Assembly (NCBI GenBank): GCA_034780895.1
Contig: JAUZTB010000069.1
Span: 1,962,227-2,025,556 of the forward strand
From: Rhynchobatus australiae
Lineage: Eukaryota
Length of the DNA stretch: 63,330 nucleotides
Reading direction: 5' to 3'
Below are positions 10,650 to 24,019 of the stretch, in pieces. The first letter of the stretch is position 1. Each line of letters begins with the position of its first letter. The notes under the pieces were generated by a model that was given only the letters and a program-made list of their open reading frames with translations, was not told the DNA's origin and made no database searches. Made by a program: the position numbers and the translations under genes.

Positions 10650-13600
10650 TCATAAGAAGTAGGAGAAGAGTCGGCCATCTGGCCCGTCGAGCCTGCTCCA
10701 CCATTCAATTATCAATGGACTCAATCCACCTAACTGCATTTTCCCTATAAACTCTTAATTCCCCTACTATGCAAAAATNNNNNNNNNNNNNNNNNNNNNN
10801 NNNNNNNNNNNNNNNNNNNNNNNNNNNNNNNNNNNNNNNNNNNNNNNNNNNNNNNNNNNNNNNNNNNNNNNNNNNNNNNNNNNNNNNNNNNNNNNNNNNN
10901 NNNNNNNNNNNNNNNNNNNNNNNNNNNNNNNNNNNNNNNNNNNNNNNNNNNNNNNNNNNNNNNNNNNNNNNNNNNNNNNNNNNNNNNNNNNNNNNNNNNN
11001 NNNNNNNNNNNNNNNNNNNNNNNNNNNNNNNNNNNNNNNNNNNNNNNNNNNNNNNNNNNNNNNNNNNNNNNNNNNNNNNNNNNNNNNNNNNNNNNNNNNN
11101 NNNNNNNNNNNNNNNNNNNNNNNNNNNNNNNNNNNNNNNNNNNNNNNNNNNNNNNNNNNNNNNNNNNNNNNNNNNNNNNNNNNNNNNNNNNNNNNNNNNN
11201 NNNNNNNNNNNNNNNNNNNNNNNNNNNNNNNNNNNNNNNNNNNNNNNNNNNNNNNNNNNNNNNNNNNNNNNNNNNCATTCCATTTGTCTTCTTGATAACC
11301 TGTTGCACCTGCAAACCAACCTTTTGCAATTCATGCACAAGCACTCCCAAGTCCCTCTGCACCACAGCATGTTGCAGTCTTTCACCATTTAAATAATCTG
11401 ATTTATTTTTCATTCCAAAGCGTATGACCTCCCAATTACCAACATTGTACTCCATCTGCCTTATTCACTCACTTAATCTATATCTCTATCTCTCTGTAGA
11501 CTCTCTGCATCCTCTGTGCAATTTGCTTTTCCACTCAATTTAGTGTCATCAGCAAACTTAGATACGCTACACTCAGTCCCCTCTTCCAAATGGGAAGTGT
11601 ATATTGTGAACAGTTGCAGGCCCAGCACTGATCCCTGCGGTACCCTGCTCACCACTGATTGCAAATCAGAGAAACACACATTTGTCCCAACTCTGCCTTC
11701 TGTTGGTTAACCAGTCCTCTAGCCGTGCTAATACCTTAACCCCCAATTCCATTCATCCTTATCCTGAATGTGTCTTATGCAGCACTTTATCGAATGCCTT
11801 CTGGAAATCCAAGTATACAACATCCACCTGTTCCCCTCTATCCACTATGCTCGTTATATCCTCAAAGAACTCCAATAAGTTTGTTAAACAGGACCTGCCC
11901 TTTCTGAATCCATGCTGCGGCTGCTTGATGGAACCATTTCTATCCAGGTGACTGGCTATTTCTTGCTTAATGATAGCTTCAAGCATTTTCCAGACTACAG
12001 GCATTAAGCTAACTGGCCTATGGTTACCTGATTTTTGCCTACGTCCTTTTTAAACAGTGCAGTGACATTAGTTATCTTCCAATCTGCCAGAACTTGCCCA
12101 GAGTCCAGAGAATTTTAGTAAATTATCACAAACACTCTGCTATAACTTCTGCCATTTCTTTCAGCACCCTGGGATGCATCCCATCAGGACCATGGGACTT
12201 GTCTACCTTAAAGCCCACGAGTTTGCTCATCACTACTACTTTGGTGACCTCCCATCACATCCATAACATCTTGATTTGGCATGTTAGACATGTTTTCCCA
12301 CTGTGAAGACTGACACAAAATAGTCATTCAAGGCATTGGCCATTCCCATATTACCCAATATTAATTCCCCCTTATCTTCCAAGGGGCACGTGTTCAGTTT
12401 AGCCACCCTTTTCTGCTTTATATAATAAAAAGTTTTTTTACTATCTCCCACCAGTAATTTGTTTTCCCTCTGCTATTTCTAATCTCTAACCAGCTGGACT
12501 CAATATTCTGCTCCCTAAATCTTGTATCATCTCTCACTATTGCCCTGATCTCATTCCTAATTAAGAGCACTACCCCACCTCCCTTACCTTCCTGCCTATC
12601 CTTCCGTATTACCTGATTCTGTTGTGGTTTGCCGAGATTTGAAAATGACCAGAAGACGCAGAAGTTTCCTCAAGTTAAAGTCTGTGACAGTCAGACAGCC
12701 AGCCACCAGTTACCCTCTGTTTACTGCTCTTTCTGACTGCCCCTGAGCTGTGCTCAGGGGCCTTTTTTTAATACCTTTTTCATGGCTCAATTACACTTTC
12801 ACAATTCATCATGTTCTCTTTTATCTTCACAATTCCATCCTTCAGCCATTTGCTCATTTTTCAACTATTTGCTCATCCTGTCATAGGTATTTTCCTGGCT
12901 TAATTAGGGTGCCCCAATTATTTGTGAGCATTAGGGCACTAAACTACAGTGCTATCAGCTTGTGGACAATACTATGCTTATTAGTTACAAGGCTATCAGT
13001 AATAAAACATCAAAATGTGCTACTGTTGCTTATGTGTCCTGAGACATGCTGGCAATAAAATTTCTCTTATCAAAACTTTCAGCTACAGAACTGCTGTAAA
13101 ACTATTAGTCAAACTGGCCCTAACAACCATTAGCTGCACAATAAATCAACAGTGTCTTCCTAGGAATGTGCTGACCATTNNNNNNNNNNNNNNNNNNNNN
13201 NNNNNNNNNNNNNNNNNNNNNNNNNNNNNNNNNNNNNNNNNNNNNNNNNNNNNNNNNNNNNNNNNNNNNNNNNNNNNNNTCCCACTCATCTCCACCCTGC
13301 AACCACATTTATGTAACAGCCACTAAATCATACCCCTTTGTACTGATTTCTGCCACAAGTTCACTGACCTTGTTTAGAATACTATGGGCATTCAAATAGT
13401 GTCCTTGCACTCAGTCCTTTTAGAATCTAAAAATCTGTCCTTTGCATTTGACTTTTCTGTACTCCAATCTTACTTTTCATTTCTAACTTTTGCTCTGGTC
13501 TCTGCTTCCCTCTGTCTTTCTGCATGGATTCCCATCCCCCTGCCATATAGCTTAAACCCTCCCAACAGCACCAGGAAACAATTCCCCCTTGGACATTAAT

Positions 13601-14830
13601 CCCAGTCCTGCCCAGGTGTAGACAGTCCAGTTTGTATTGGTCCCACCTCTGAGAACCAATTCCAATGCCCCAGGAATCTGAAACACCCCCTCCTGCACCG
13701 CTGTTCAAGCCACATATTCATCCTAACTGTGCTGCTATTCCTACTCTGACTGGCATGTAGCACAGATAGTAATCCTGAGATTATTACTTTTGAGGTCCTA
13801 CTTTTTAATCTATCTCCTACCTCCCTAAATTCAGTTTGTAGGACCTCATGCCGCTTTTTCCTATATCATTGGTACCTACATGCACCACGACCACTGGCTG
13901 TTCACCCTCCCCTTCCAGACTGCTCTGCAGCCGCTCTCTGACCCTTGCACCCAGGAAAGCAACACACCAACCAGGAGTCCCGTTTGCAGACACAGAAGCT
14001 CCTGTCTATTCTCCTTTACATGGAATCCCCTCCCACTAGAGCTCTGGCACTCTTTCTCCTGCCCTCCTGTGCAGCAGAGCCATTCACAGTGCCATGATCC
14101 TGGCTAATGCTGCCTTAACCTGATGAGCAATCTCCTCCAGTGGTATCCAAAGCAGCATATCTGTTTTGGAGAGAGATGAACACAGGGGACTCCTGCACTA
14201 CCTTCCTGCTACTGCTCTGCCTGTTGGTCACCCATTCCCTATCTTTCCCTTGGCCCTTGAACTGTGATGTGACCAACTCACTAAACATGCTATCCACAAT
14301 ATGCTCAGCATCACAGATGCTCCAAAGTGAATCCATGCGCAGCTCCAGTGGCACCGTGCAGTCTGTCAGGAGCTGCAGCTGGATACATTTCCTGAGCACA
14401 GTCATCAGGGGCACTGGCAGCCTCCCTGAGTTCCCACATTGCCCAGGAGGAGCATGTCACAGGCCAGAGTTCACCTGCCATGACTAAAAGCATTGAGGGA
14501 AGTTAAAGAGACAAAAGAAGATTAAGAACCTTCCCTCACCTTGCCTTAGCTCGCTCTCCTCACCAAAGCCTGGTATACACCACTGCCCACACTTACACAA
14601 CCAGCAGTACTTTGACTAGACAACAGCCCCTCTCAAAATGGCCACTCTGCTTGACACTGACTTTTTGTTAGCTGCTGATAATTAGCTAATTAGCCAATCA
14701 CCTATTAACTAACAATTAGCTGACTTACCTCTCAAGTTCCTGCAAGTGAAACTCACAAGCAAGTAATGAGACTCGCCTCTTTCTTTTCAACTCTCCTGTT
14801 CTCGCTCTGAGTCCCAAACTCGTACAGATC
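10650..14830 (-). mobile_element. Near full-length degenerate CR1-type LINE (ORF1 + RT), interrupted by an insertion
   Basis: RT motifs QHGFRKGRSCLTNLLEFFE, VDVVYLDFQKAFDKV, VPQGSVLG, SKFADDTKL; ORF1-like SLQNRYAALDT at 14115-14414; 3' tail near 10650. Confidence 0.85.
12620..13179. mobile_element. Insertion within the LINE, possibly an LTR
   Basis: LINE sequence breaks abruptly at TGTTGTGG; unrelated sequence runs into the gap; LINE resumes at 13280. Confidence 0.4.
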
Positions 14831-15076
14831 CCATCTCATTCTGATGCCTTTGGCATAAGTTGGCCTTGCATTGCCAATGTAAGGAGGGGAAAGTTTTCTG
14901 TGGGGATCTGTACTGGATCGCCACCTCTGCTTGAAAATGTTTGTGCACAGATGTCATCTGAAAGTATGCTGCAACCTTGTCACACGATCTCTGTGGTAAA
15001 TTAATTCAGTTTTGCTGCTTTTTTTTGCATTTGTTCTAATGGTCCCTTTATGATTCTCCTCTGTAAACCTTTGAAG

Positions 15077-15214
15077 CAAGCGCTTGATCAAAAACATGCA
15101 GCTATTGATGAAAAGGAAAATGAGATTCTACAATTGCATCTGGCATTGAGAGAAAAAGAACATAATTTTGATCGACTGAAGAGTCTTCTTGCCAATCGTG
15201 AAGAAACCATTAAT
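15077..15214 (+). CDS. CDK5RAP2: Coding exon QALDQK...NREETIN
   Basis: AAG acceptor, AAT|GTAAGT donor; 138 nt. Confidence 0.87.
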
Positions 15215-15599
15215 GTAAGTGTTTTTAGTAAGGCTGAAAATTTTGCTGTACAAATAAATTTATGCATAAGCTTTAAACTTGCTTGAAGCTACTTACTATT
15301 CTAGAATTATGTTCTAGTGAAATAAATTATTTATTATACAAACCTTTTGTTATCCCAATAATTTTGGAGAATGCAGATATTGAAAATAACATTGGTTTGG
15401 TTAATTAAAGTGCAGTGGTTTTTCATAGATTTAAAAGTTAATATCTATATGTAAAGCAGCCTGGTATTAATCAGAAGAGGCAACTGCTCTAGGCTGGTTT
15501 CAATAGGAGCAGAAATGTGGACACACCTGGCTAGGGAAGTTACCTGCAGATTAAACCCTGTGGGTGCTCAAAGATGAAGGGCAAGGCACAAGAGAAATA

Positions 15600-16665
15600 A
15601 GAAAGGTCAAGAGGCATGGAATCCAGGGCAATTTGGGTGTGTGGATTCGGAATTGGCTTGCCTATAAAAGGCAGAGGGTGGTTGTAGATGAGTGTATTCT
15701 GCCTGGAGGTCAGTGATCAGTGGTGTTCTGCAGGGATCTGTTCTGGGACCCCTGTTCTTTGTGATGGGAAGTGGAAGGGTGGATTAGTAAGTTTGCAGAT
15801 GACATGAAGGTTGGTGGTGGTGTATATGGTGTAGAAGGTTGTCAAGAGTTGCAACAGGACATTGATAGGACGCAGAGCTGGGCTGAGCAGTTCAACCTGG
15901 AAATGTGTGAAGTGATTTACTGTGGAAGGTCGAATTTGAAGGCAGAATACAGGGTTAATGGCAGGATTCTCAGCAGTGTGGAGGAACAGAGGGATCTTGG
16001 GGTCCAAGTCCATAGATCCCTCAAAGTTACGGCACAAGTTGACAGGGTTGTAAGAAAGCACATGGTGTGTTGGCCTTCATTAGTTGGGGTATTGAGTGCA
16101 AGATCCACGAGGTAATGTGGCAGCTCTATAAAACCTTGGTTAGACCACACTTGGAATATTGTGTTCAGTTCTGGTCACCTCACTATAGAAAGGATGTGGA
16201 AGCTTCAGAAAGGGTGCAGAGGAGATTTACCAGGATGCTGCCTGGATGAGGATAGGTTGAGCGAGCTAGGGCTCTTCTCTTTGGAGCAAAATAGGATGAG
16301 AAGTGACCTGATAGAGGTGTACAGGATGATAATAGGCATAGATCAAGTGGACAGCCAGAGACTTTTTCCCAGGGCGGGAATGGATAACACGAGGGGGCAT
16401 AATTTTAAGGTGATTGGAGGAAAGTACAGGGGGGATATCAGAGGTAAGTTTTTTTACACGGAGTGGTGGGTGTGTGGAACGCACAGCCAGGGGTGTTGGT
16501 GGAGGCAAATACATTGGGGACATTTTAGAAACTCTTTGGTAGGCAAATGGATGATAGGAAAATGGAGGGGTATGTGGGAGGTAATAGATTTATCTTAGAG
16601 TAGGCCAAAAGGTTGGCACAACATTGTGGGCCGAAGGGCCTGTACTGTGGTGTAATGTTCTATAG
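15600..16665 (+). mobile_element. 5'-truncated CR1-type LINE
   Basis: ISKFADDMKVGG, EEQRDLGVQVH, LYKTLVRPHLEYCVQFWSPHY; LINE tail. Confidence 0.85.
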
Positions 16666-17148
16666 TAAAGCAGAATGTCAAACATAGGCATAAACTTGTG
16701 TTTTTAATTTGATGAACAACATGTTTAAAATTTATGTACTCCCAAATTCTATTCAGTTACGGTTGAAATAATCTTGACGTAAGTGGTGCCTTCTTGTAGT
16801 ACCGTAACATTTATTTGAAAGTTTAAAAAACTACATCTTTTTAATAAAATTTGGTCAGAATATGCTTTTGGTTTCTGAATCTTGGTGACTTACGAAGGTT
16901 TAAGTTCTTTGTGAGGCTTTCAATATTTTGATCAGTACTGTGGCCTGTTCCTTCCTTGTCTCTAACGCCTGGACCATAATGGTTCATCCATTTATAATTA
17001 CATTGACTTGTATTCCTGTTCCCAAAACTGCAGTTTAGTGAAGGATTTAAAATGCAGTACTGTTTTCCAAATGGCTTCATGTTTCTTTTGTCATGGCAAT
17101 ATAACTTCTCTTGGATAAGTCCATTAATTCTTTGATTTTATTTTGAAG

Positions 17149-17328
17149 AGCTTGGATGGTACAATCAAAGAAAAAGACGTAGAGCTGCAGCGTCTGACAA
17201 ATATGTGCAAGAGTTTGCAAAGGCTGAAACAAGAGCTGGAGGACAGTCAAGTGCAGTCACTCCGTGAAAAGGATGCTGTTATATTACAGCTTCAGCAATC
17301 ACTTAAAGAGAAGGCTGATAGTTTGGAG
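17149..17328 (+). CDS. CDK5RAP2: Coding exon SLDGTI...KADSLE
   Basis: AAG acceptor, GAG|GTAATT donor; 180 nt. Confidence 0.87.
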
Positions 17329-17344
17329 GTAATTTATAAACAAG

Positions 17345-18900
17345 ATAGTAGAGCATGGAAGAAGGATATTGGGCCTGTTGAGTCTGTACTGCCTCCTATG
17401 GCAGCATCTGACTGCCCTGCCCTCTTCTGCAGCCCTGAACGTTTTTTCATTCCAATACCTATTCAATTTTGGTATTGTTCTGTTTCCAGTTTCTTAGCCA
17501 ATTTTGCATCTGTGCCACTATAGCCTCTCTTATTCAATGGGCTTTGATCTTGATGACAAGCCTAATATGTGGCATCTTTTTAAATGCCTTTTGGAAGTCC
17601 ACATAATGCATCAATTGTATTTCTCCCTCATCAACCCTTTGTTACTTTGTCAAAAAAAACGATCTCATTGACACAGCCTGCCTTTTAACAAATCCATGTG
17701 GCTCTCTAATTAATCCAAATTGTTTCCAAGTGACTACTAATTCTGCCCCTGATTTATTGTTTCTGGAACTTCCCTGTTGTGGAGATTAAACTGACTGTCT
17801 GGTTTGTGGTTGTTGGGTTCATCCCCATGTGCTCTTTTGAACATTGCAGTTTTCCAGTCCTTGGGCACCACTCCTAAAAATGTTTGCAAAATCATTTGCA
17901 GTTCATCTGCAATTTCCTCCTTCCTTCCTTTATCTTCCTAGAATGTTATCTGATCAGGACTGGATGATTTATCCATTTTAAGTACAGCTGACTTTTCTAG
18001 TACCTGTTCAAGTTTTAACACCATCTTCCATGGCAAAGACTGATATCAAATATTTAGTATTTCAGGCACAACCTTTGACTCCAAGTAGATTTTCCCTTTT
18101 GTCTCTTTTTCTCTCTTGCAGACCTTTTCCTGTTCATATGACTGGAGTATTTTTAGCTTCCCTTTTCTCTTCGCTGTTGGTTTTTACTTGTGCCCTATTT
18201 ACCACCTATTTCCTATTTTTAACTTCTGCTCACAGTTTTCTGCAGCATTTCCACTTTTTTTTATAGAGGCTTCCCATTCAAGTTACAGTTTTGCCTGTCA
18301 CATGTTGATTCCAGTCTAGATACCAACTTGTCCTTTTTAAAATTAGTTCTTCAGTTGCCTATATCCCTTTTAGGGTGGCCTGTATCCCTTTCCATCGCCT
18401 TCATTTTTAAAATAAAGCAGGATTTTGTGATTGCTCTTTCCTCCCACAGGTACTTGCTTCACTTGGTCTGACTTCCTTCTCAGCAATGTTCTCTTCCTCA
18501 TTGGGCTTGAAGCATGTTAAGAAAATTCTCCTGAACACCTGGGTTACACTCGCTCCTTCTTCTCCCCCCACCCTGCCCACACACACTTCTTTTGGACTTC
18601 ACCTATTTCTGTCACTCTATATTCGGAGAGCTAAAGATACCCACGGTTAAGCACGTTTTGGATCTTGGGGTCTTTCTTAGTCCAGTCCTGACTTAGAAAA
18701 ACCTTTGTTTGTTTTTGCTGTACTTTCGGTGCCCATTCGCTTGCCAAATTAGTTTAAACCCAACTTCTTAGCAAACCTCCTTGTAAGGACATTGGTCCCT
18801 ACTGAGGGGCAATCCTGCATTGGCCCCTTTGCCCCAGGAACATGAAGCCCTTCTTGTTGCACCTTCTCTCCAGCTATACATTTATCTTTGTTATTCCAGT
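17345..18900 (-). mobile_element. Old degenerate CR1-type LINE fragments
   Basis: AAATGCCTTTTGGAAGTCC (reverse of DFQKAF) and inverted tail near 17350. Confidence 0.5.
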
Positions 18901-19706
18901 GAAGGTTCTTGAAATGAGGAAGTTGAAAAATCCAAGTCCTCTGTGATTTGAAAATTAATAATGTGACTAACTATAACTTGCGTGACCATGCTGCAACATT
19001 TTTCTTTGGAAATGTTCTAGCAAAGTCTTTTCAGTAAAGCTTCTTGATCAGTAAATTATCAGTAAAAAGAGAATGTCATTGTAATTGGGCCTTTCGGAGC
19101 TTTGATATCCCAAAGTGATTCGCAGCCAATGAAATACTTTAGAAAATGTGTTCACTGTTGCGGCTGAGACAAAGATGGAAGCCTGTCTGCCCGCCCACAG
19201 CAACTTCCCATGAGTAACCTTGTGAACACAACTAATTTTGTTTTACTGGTGTTAATTCGAAGATCAGTATTTCTCGGGTCATTGGGTATAAACCTGCTGC
19301 TCTCTGAAATAGTGTCATGAATGTGTATCTGTGATAGTGGAGTGTTTTAGTTTTAATGTCTCATCTGACAGCACTATACGTCTCCCTATCATTTCTGGCA
19401 TTGCCCCTCCCCTGCTCTGACAGTACAGCTTGCCCTTGGTGCTCCAGGATATTTGCTCTCTGTCTGTTTCTACAGATAATACTTGCACCTACAAATGCAA
19501 CATTAATAAGGACAATAGGCATAAATCAAATGTTTTCCTGTGTTTTGATGCAGTGTGACATACAACATAATTTAAAACCCATTGTTTAAATTCTTGAGAA
19601 TTAAGATGCTATCACGGTTGTATTAATTTGTTTTTCTGTGTTGAAGAAGAGGCCACTTGATAGAGCTCTTGGATGTTTATTTCATCATTTTTGTTTTCTA
19701 ATTCAG

Positions 19707-19901
19707 GAGATGACTAACACGCTGCTGAGCCAGTCTCACTGTGGCACCAAGGACCTGGCAGAGCATTTGAATCAGCGCTTAAAGGTACAGGAGAAGATGC
19801 TGGAGAACGCTTGGGCAGAGAGGAAGAAGCTGAGCTCAGAGCATGAGAAGGAGATTGAGGAACTCTTAAACACCATTAATAGCAAGGATCAGCTCCTCAG
19901 G
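19707..19901 (+). CDS. CDK5RAP2: Coding exon EMTNTLL...KDQLLR
   Basis: TTCAG acceptor, AGG|GTATGT donor; 195 nt. Confidence 0.88.
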
Positions 19902-20195
19902 GTATGTGGCTGAGATGATGACAATATAATTGAAGGTTAATTGTTAAATGCTTTTATAAGGGCATTTATATAATGCCTTTAATTGTCAATGCTTTATGGT
20001 AGAGTTTCTAAAATATAAACTGTTTTCTGAGTAATGAACTATTCAATAACTTCTGTGAGTATTATGACAACTTCCAGCTTATTGGCTTATTCAGTGTTGG
20101 CAATAGGTACACTTTTTTTAAAACTTGTAAAGTTGGTTGCTATTTGCATAGAATTAGATCATTGAGCATTTATAATTTTATGAATTCCCTTTTAG

Positions 20196-20387
20196 GAAGC
20201 TTCAGAGCGTTCTAATAGTCGCCTATCAAAACTCAGTCATGATATTGATGGGCTGAATCGTCAAAATGTTGAAAAAGAGAAACCTGCATTAGGCCTGGTG
20301 GAACATGATCCCATGTTAAACCAAGATCAGTTACTACAGGTTGCTCAGCTTAAAGCTGCCTTGGATGAAAAAGATAAGATTATTAAT
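20196..20387 (+). CDS. CDK5RAP2: Coding exon EASERS...KDKIIN
   Basis: TTTAG acceptor, AAT|GTGAGT donor; 192 nt. Confidence 0.87.
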
Positions 20388-21247
20388 GTGAGTAAGCTGC
20401 AGATGGACAAGTTCCTGCATGTTGGAATGTTTTGTGTTTGTGCCTTATTGACCTTGCTGATAATGGGTAATAGTGTGACTTGCCGTGGTGTGGAATGATT
20501 GGCTAACTCTAATTTTGTGTCGCAGGATCAAAATCATTTAATTAAAATATGAGGCCAGTTATTAAATGTGGTTGTATTGTGCTTCCAAAATAGGAATTCT
20601 TTTTAAACTATGTGTCATTTGTTTTATNNNNNNNNNNNNNNNNNNNNNNNNNNNNNNNNNNNNNNNNNNNNNNNNNNNNNNNNNNNNNNNNNNNNNNNNN
20701 NNNNNNNNNNNNNNNNNNNNNNNNNNNTTTTATAAGGACAAGAACGGGTTTCCAAATCCTCTTGAGCACTTCAGAAACCTCCAGGGTAAAGAGAACCCCT
20801 ACATAGCCATGGTTCTGCAACTTATCAGGGAGTTCTGCCAGAGTCGCAGAGAGATATTGATGGCCTTTGGCTTTCTTGCATTGAAGAAGGCCGGTTTCAG
20901 AGAAAATGGGCTGTTGGTTACTGAAGGTCATTGCCAGGGATAACAATTCAGTGGGTGAAATTAGTCATTGGTAGTAGTTGGGCACTGAGTGTCAATGCTC
21001 TCGTGATCTGTTTTATTGAAGCCAGTGGAACTGAATACTGAGTGGGGAGATCTGCTGGCTGATACTTAGTGTCAAGTCTGTTTAGTGCTGGCCAGCAAAA
21101 ATAACTTCCACCCAAATTTTTGTTGGAACTGGAGAAAAGATGCACAAGATACATGATCGTCCATTGGAACCTTGACATTGATGAATTCTGTGGTTTAATA
21201 TTTTGCAATTTGTTCCTAGTACTAATTGTAAGCACCTTTCTTTGCAG

Positions 21248-21371
21248 AAATTGGTAGAACATGGGCAAAAAGATCAACATTCGCCTCAACATGAAGCACT
21301 GAATTCCTCGCACGTTCTTGAGCTGAAACAAACGATACAAATACTACAGGAACAGCTGCATGAGAGAGATG
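21248..21371 (+). CDS. CDK5RAP2: Coding exon KLVEHG...HERD
   Basis: TTGCAG acceptor, G|GTAGGT donor; phase 0/1. Confidence 0.85.
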
Positions 21372-21384
21372 GTAGGTGTGGAAT

Positions 21385-22230
21385 CATAGAATCGTACAGC
21401 ATTTGGCCCAACTCATCCATGCTGCTTTCCCTGCCTAAGCAACTCAAATGCTCATCTAGACACTTAAATGTCGTCAGCGACCCAGCATCAACCAGTCTCG
21501 GCAGTGCATTCCAGGTGAAGAGGGTCCCTCTCATATCCCCTCCTAAATCTCTTTTCATCCTTTCATCCCCCAACCCTAAATCTATGTCCTCTAGTTTTAT
21601 CTACCTCTGATATGGGGGGAAAGTTTCCTGCGATCTATTGTCTCTATACCCCTCATAATTTTATATACCTCAATCATGTCCCCTCTTTACCTCCTCTGCT
21701 CCAAGGGGAACAGACCCAGCTTCTCCAGTCTCTCCTCATAACTGAACCACTCCATCCCAGGCAGCATCCTGGTGAATCTCCTCTGCACCCTCTCCAATGC
21801 TGTCACATCCTTCCTACAGCATGGTGACTAGATCTGTGTGAGTTACTCCAGCTGAACTCTGTCTAAGGTTTTATAAAGTTGGAGCATAACCTCCCTCCCT
21901 CTGTATTTCATGCCCTCACTATTAAAGGTCTAACCACATTATCTAGCTGTGTTGCCACCTTCAAGGATCTGTGGATTTGTACCCCAAGGTCCCTTTGCTG
22001 CTCAATGCTCCGCAAGACCCTACCTTTCATGGTGTATGTCCTAGCCTCATTAGTACTCTCAAAATGCATCACCTCCACATTGGTCTGGATTAAATCCATC
22101 TGCCATTTTTCAGCCTATTTCACCACACATTGATATCTCTCTACAGCCTCAGACTATCTTCCACATGATCAACAACTCGTGTCATCAGCTAACTGACCAC
22201 GCCTCCCTCATCCAAGTCATTCACATAAAC
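21385..22230 (-). mobile_element. CR1-type LINE 3' fragment
   Basis: EQQRDLGVQIHRSLKVA and WNALP peptides on the minus strand. Confidence 0.8.
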
Positions 22231-22295
22231 GTGACGTGGCTCCTCTGATTGCTCTCAATATTTAATGTATTTCTGTTCTTCTCATTTCATCTTAG

Positions 22296-22438
22296 CTGAA
22301 TTAACTCAAGATTCTGCAGAAGATGAAGTTCATGTTAAAGTGCCCCGAAGCAAGAAGAGTTCAACCAACCTGAAGAAAGAGCTTGCCCAGAAATCTCAGG
22401 AATTGGATGAAGCCTTGAAGAGGGAAAATGATACAAAA
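22296..22438 (+). CDS. CDK5RAP2: Coding exon (A)ELTQD...RENDTK
   Basis: TTAG acceptor, AAA|GTATGT donor; phase 1/0. Confidence 0.85.
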
Positions 22439-22561
22439 GTATGTCTGTTATGGCTGAAATAAGTAGAGGCATAATCAGTGACTTTCTCCCCCATTAAATT
22501 CTGTAATTTGTATTCGGGTNNNNNNNNNNNNNNNNNNNNNNTTTTGATCTCAATTTTGCAG

Positions 22562-22678
22562 ATGGAAGTGATTCGACTCCAAGCTCTCCTTGACCAGTTG
22601 GAAAAGGATGCTCAGATACAGGCTGCAAATGTTGAACGATTATCCAAAGCCTTGCAAGTCAAGGATGAAATCATTAAA
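22562..22678 (+). CDS. CDK5RAP2: Coding exon MEVIRLQ...KDEIIK
   Basis: TTGCAG acceptor, AAA|GTAAAA donor; 117 nt. Confidence 0.85.
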
Positions 22679-22844
22679 GTAAAATTTTCAGAGCCTCCCT
22701 TTCTGAAGTTTTGTCTATCAGGGTACTGAGTAAAGTGGGTCTGTATTAGATTGCAGAAAATCTGAGGTGATTTAAGGGCTTTACTTTTGTTCTAGGGACA
22801 TGCTTCCTTTGGTTGACCTACCTAAAACTACTAGAACTACAGCA

Positions 22845-23018
22845 AAAAAATAATCTGCTGGAGGATCTCAGCAGATCAAGGAGCATCCAGTCTTGATGCA
22901 GGGTCTTGACTCGAAATGTCGACCAAAATTTTACCTCTTCAGAAGCTGCCTGACCGGCTGAATTTCAGCAGTTTAGTTTTGCTCCAGATTCCAGCACAGC
23001 AGTCTCTTGTGTCTCCAT
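22845..23018. mobile_element. Penelope-derived hairpin element
   Basis: AATCTGCTGGAG ... TTTTGCTCCAGATTCCAGCA; central GTCTTGATGCAGGGTCTTGACTCGAAATGTCGAC. Confidence 0.6.
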
Positions 23019-23687
23019 ATTAGAACTACAGTCTTAGGATTAGGAGGTAACCATTTGGGGTATAGATTGTTTCACTCATTGCATCATCAGTTGTTGGTGT
23101 GTTTTAAGGCTGAGGGTTGAAATACTCAGTTGTCAAGTATATAAACCATGGGACAATATACAATTCAATATCAAGAGAATTTAGGATATTAGGAAGGTGG
23201 AGTTGAGTTGGATCCGTCTGAGACTGAATGGGATTTGATTGCCTTGATTACAGTGAATTATGAAAGGTTTTTGAGTTTTGGCATTTCATTCTTCCTTGTC
23301 CCCTACATCAGGAATGGTTGGTTCAAAGTCAGTGAGTGCTAGATTGGTTGAATTTGTAACAACTGGTACAAGGGTGCACTTACTGTGCTCCTTCAGCACT
23401 GCTGCCTTGCAGTTTAAATCTTGCTGTGGTGCTAGAGTTCTCATTAAATCTGGTTCCCAACCATAGCGTTGCCCAAAAAAGAATGTTTATCTGGTTACTT
23501 TCATGTTGTTATTTGTGGGAGCTCGCTGTACATGTTTCCCACACCTCAAAAGTGACTGCATTTCAGAAGTATTTAACTAAGTATTTTGCAAATGTCCTGA
23601 AGTTATGTGGAGGCATTTTTGAAATGCTGGTTTGCTCTTTTTGTTTTGGAAACATGTGACTGGGACACATTTTCTTTGTTATCACAG

Positions 23688-23828
23688 AACATTCAGCCTG
23701 GATCTGTCTTCTCTGAGATAAAGGGAGCAGAGCAGGTGACACGAGAAGTAATTGTGCTGAAGGATGGTATCCAGAGACCTGGCCATCTTCCGAGAGAGAG
23801 AACTATCATTGGAGGAGACAGCCAGCAG
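23688..23828 (+). CDS. CDK5RAP2: Coding exon NIQPG...RERTIIGGDSQQ
   Basis: CACAG acceptor, CAG|GTTGAT donor; 141 nt. Confidence 0.75.
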
Positions 23829-23909
23829 GTTGATGCTCCTCTATGTCTTGTTTGTATTTGATAATGCAGTTGGATTTATTTGGAAGCTTATCATCATTTC
23901 TTTTTGCAG

Positions 23910-24019
23910 CCTGTCCAAACTCTTGACGATCAGGTGTCAGAGGAAAGCTTGTACCATGCACTGAAGACAGAGCAGCAACTCTATTCCAGACTCATCAAAG
24001 CAGTGAAAGAATCAGACAG
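23910..24019 (+). CDS. CDK5RAP2: Coding exon PVQTL...LKTEQQLYSRLIKAVKESD
   Basis: TTGCAG acceptor, AG|GTAGAA donor; phase 0/2; resembles CDK5RAP2 EQSIYTHLVKSLQESD. Confidence 0.85.

Noticed and set aside
10705-11455. Long ORFs running through N blocks (also at 27957-28668 and 44456-45298)
   Set aside because: Artefacts of translating gaps; the flanks are transposon sequence
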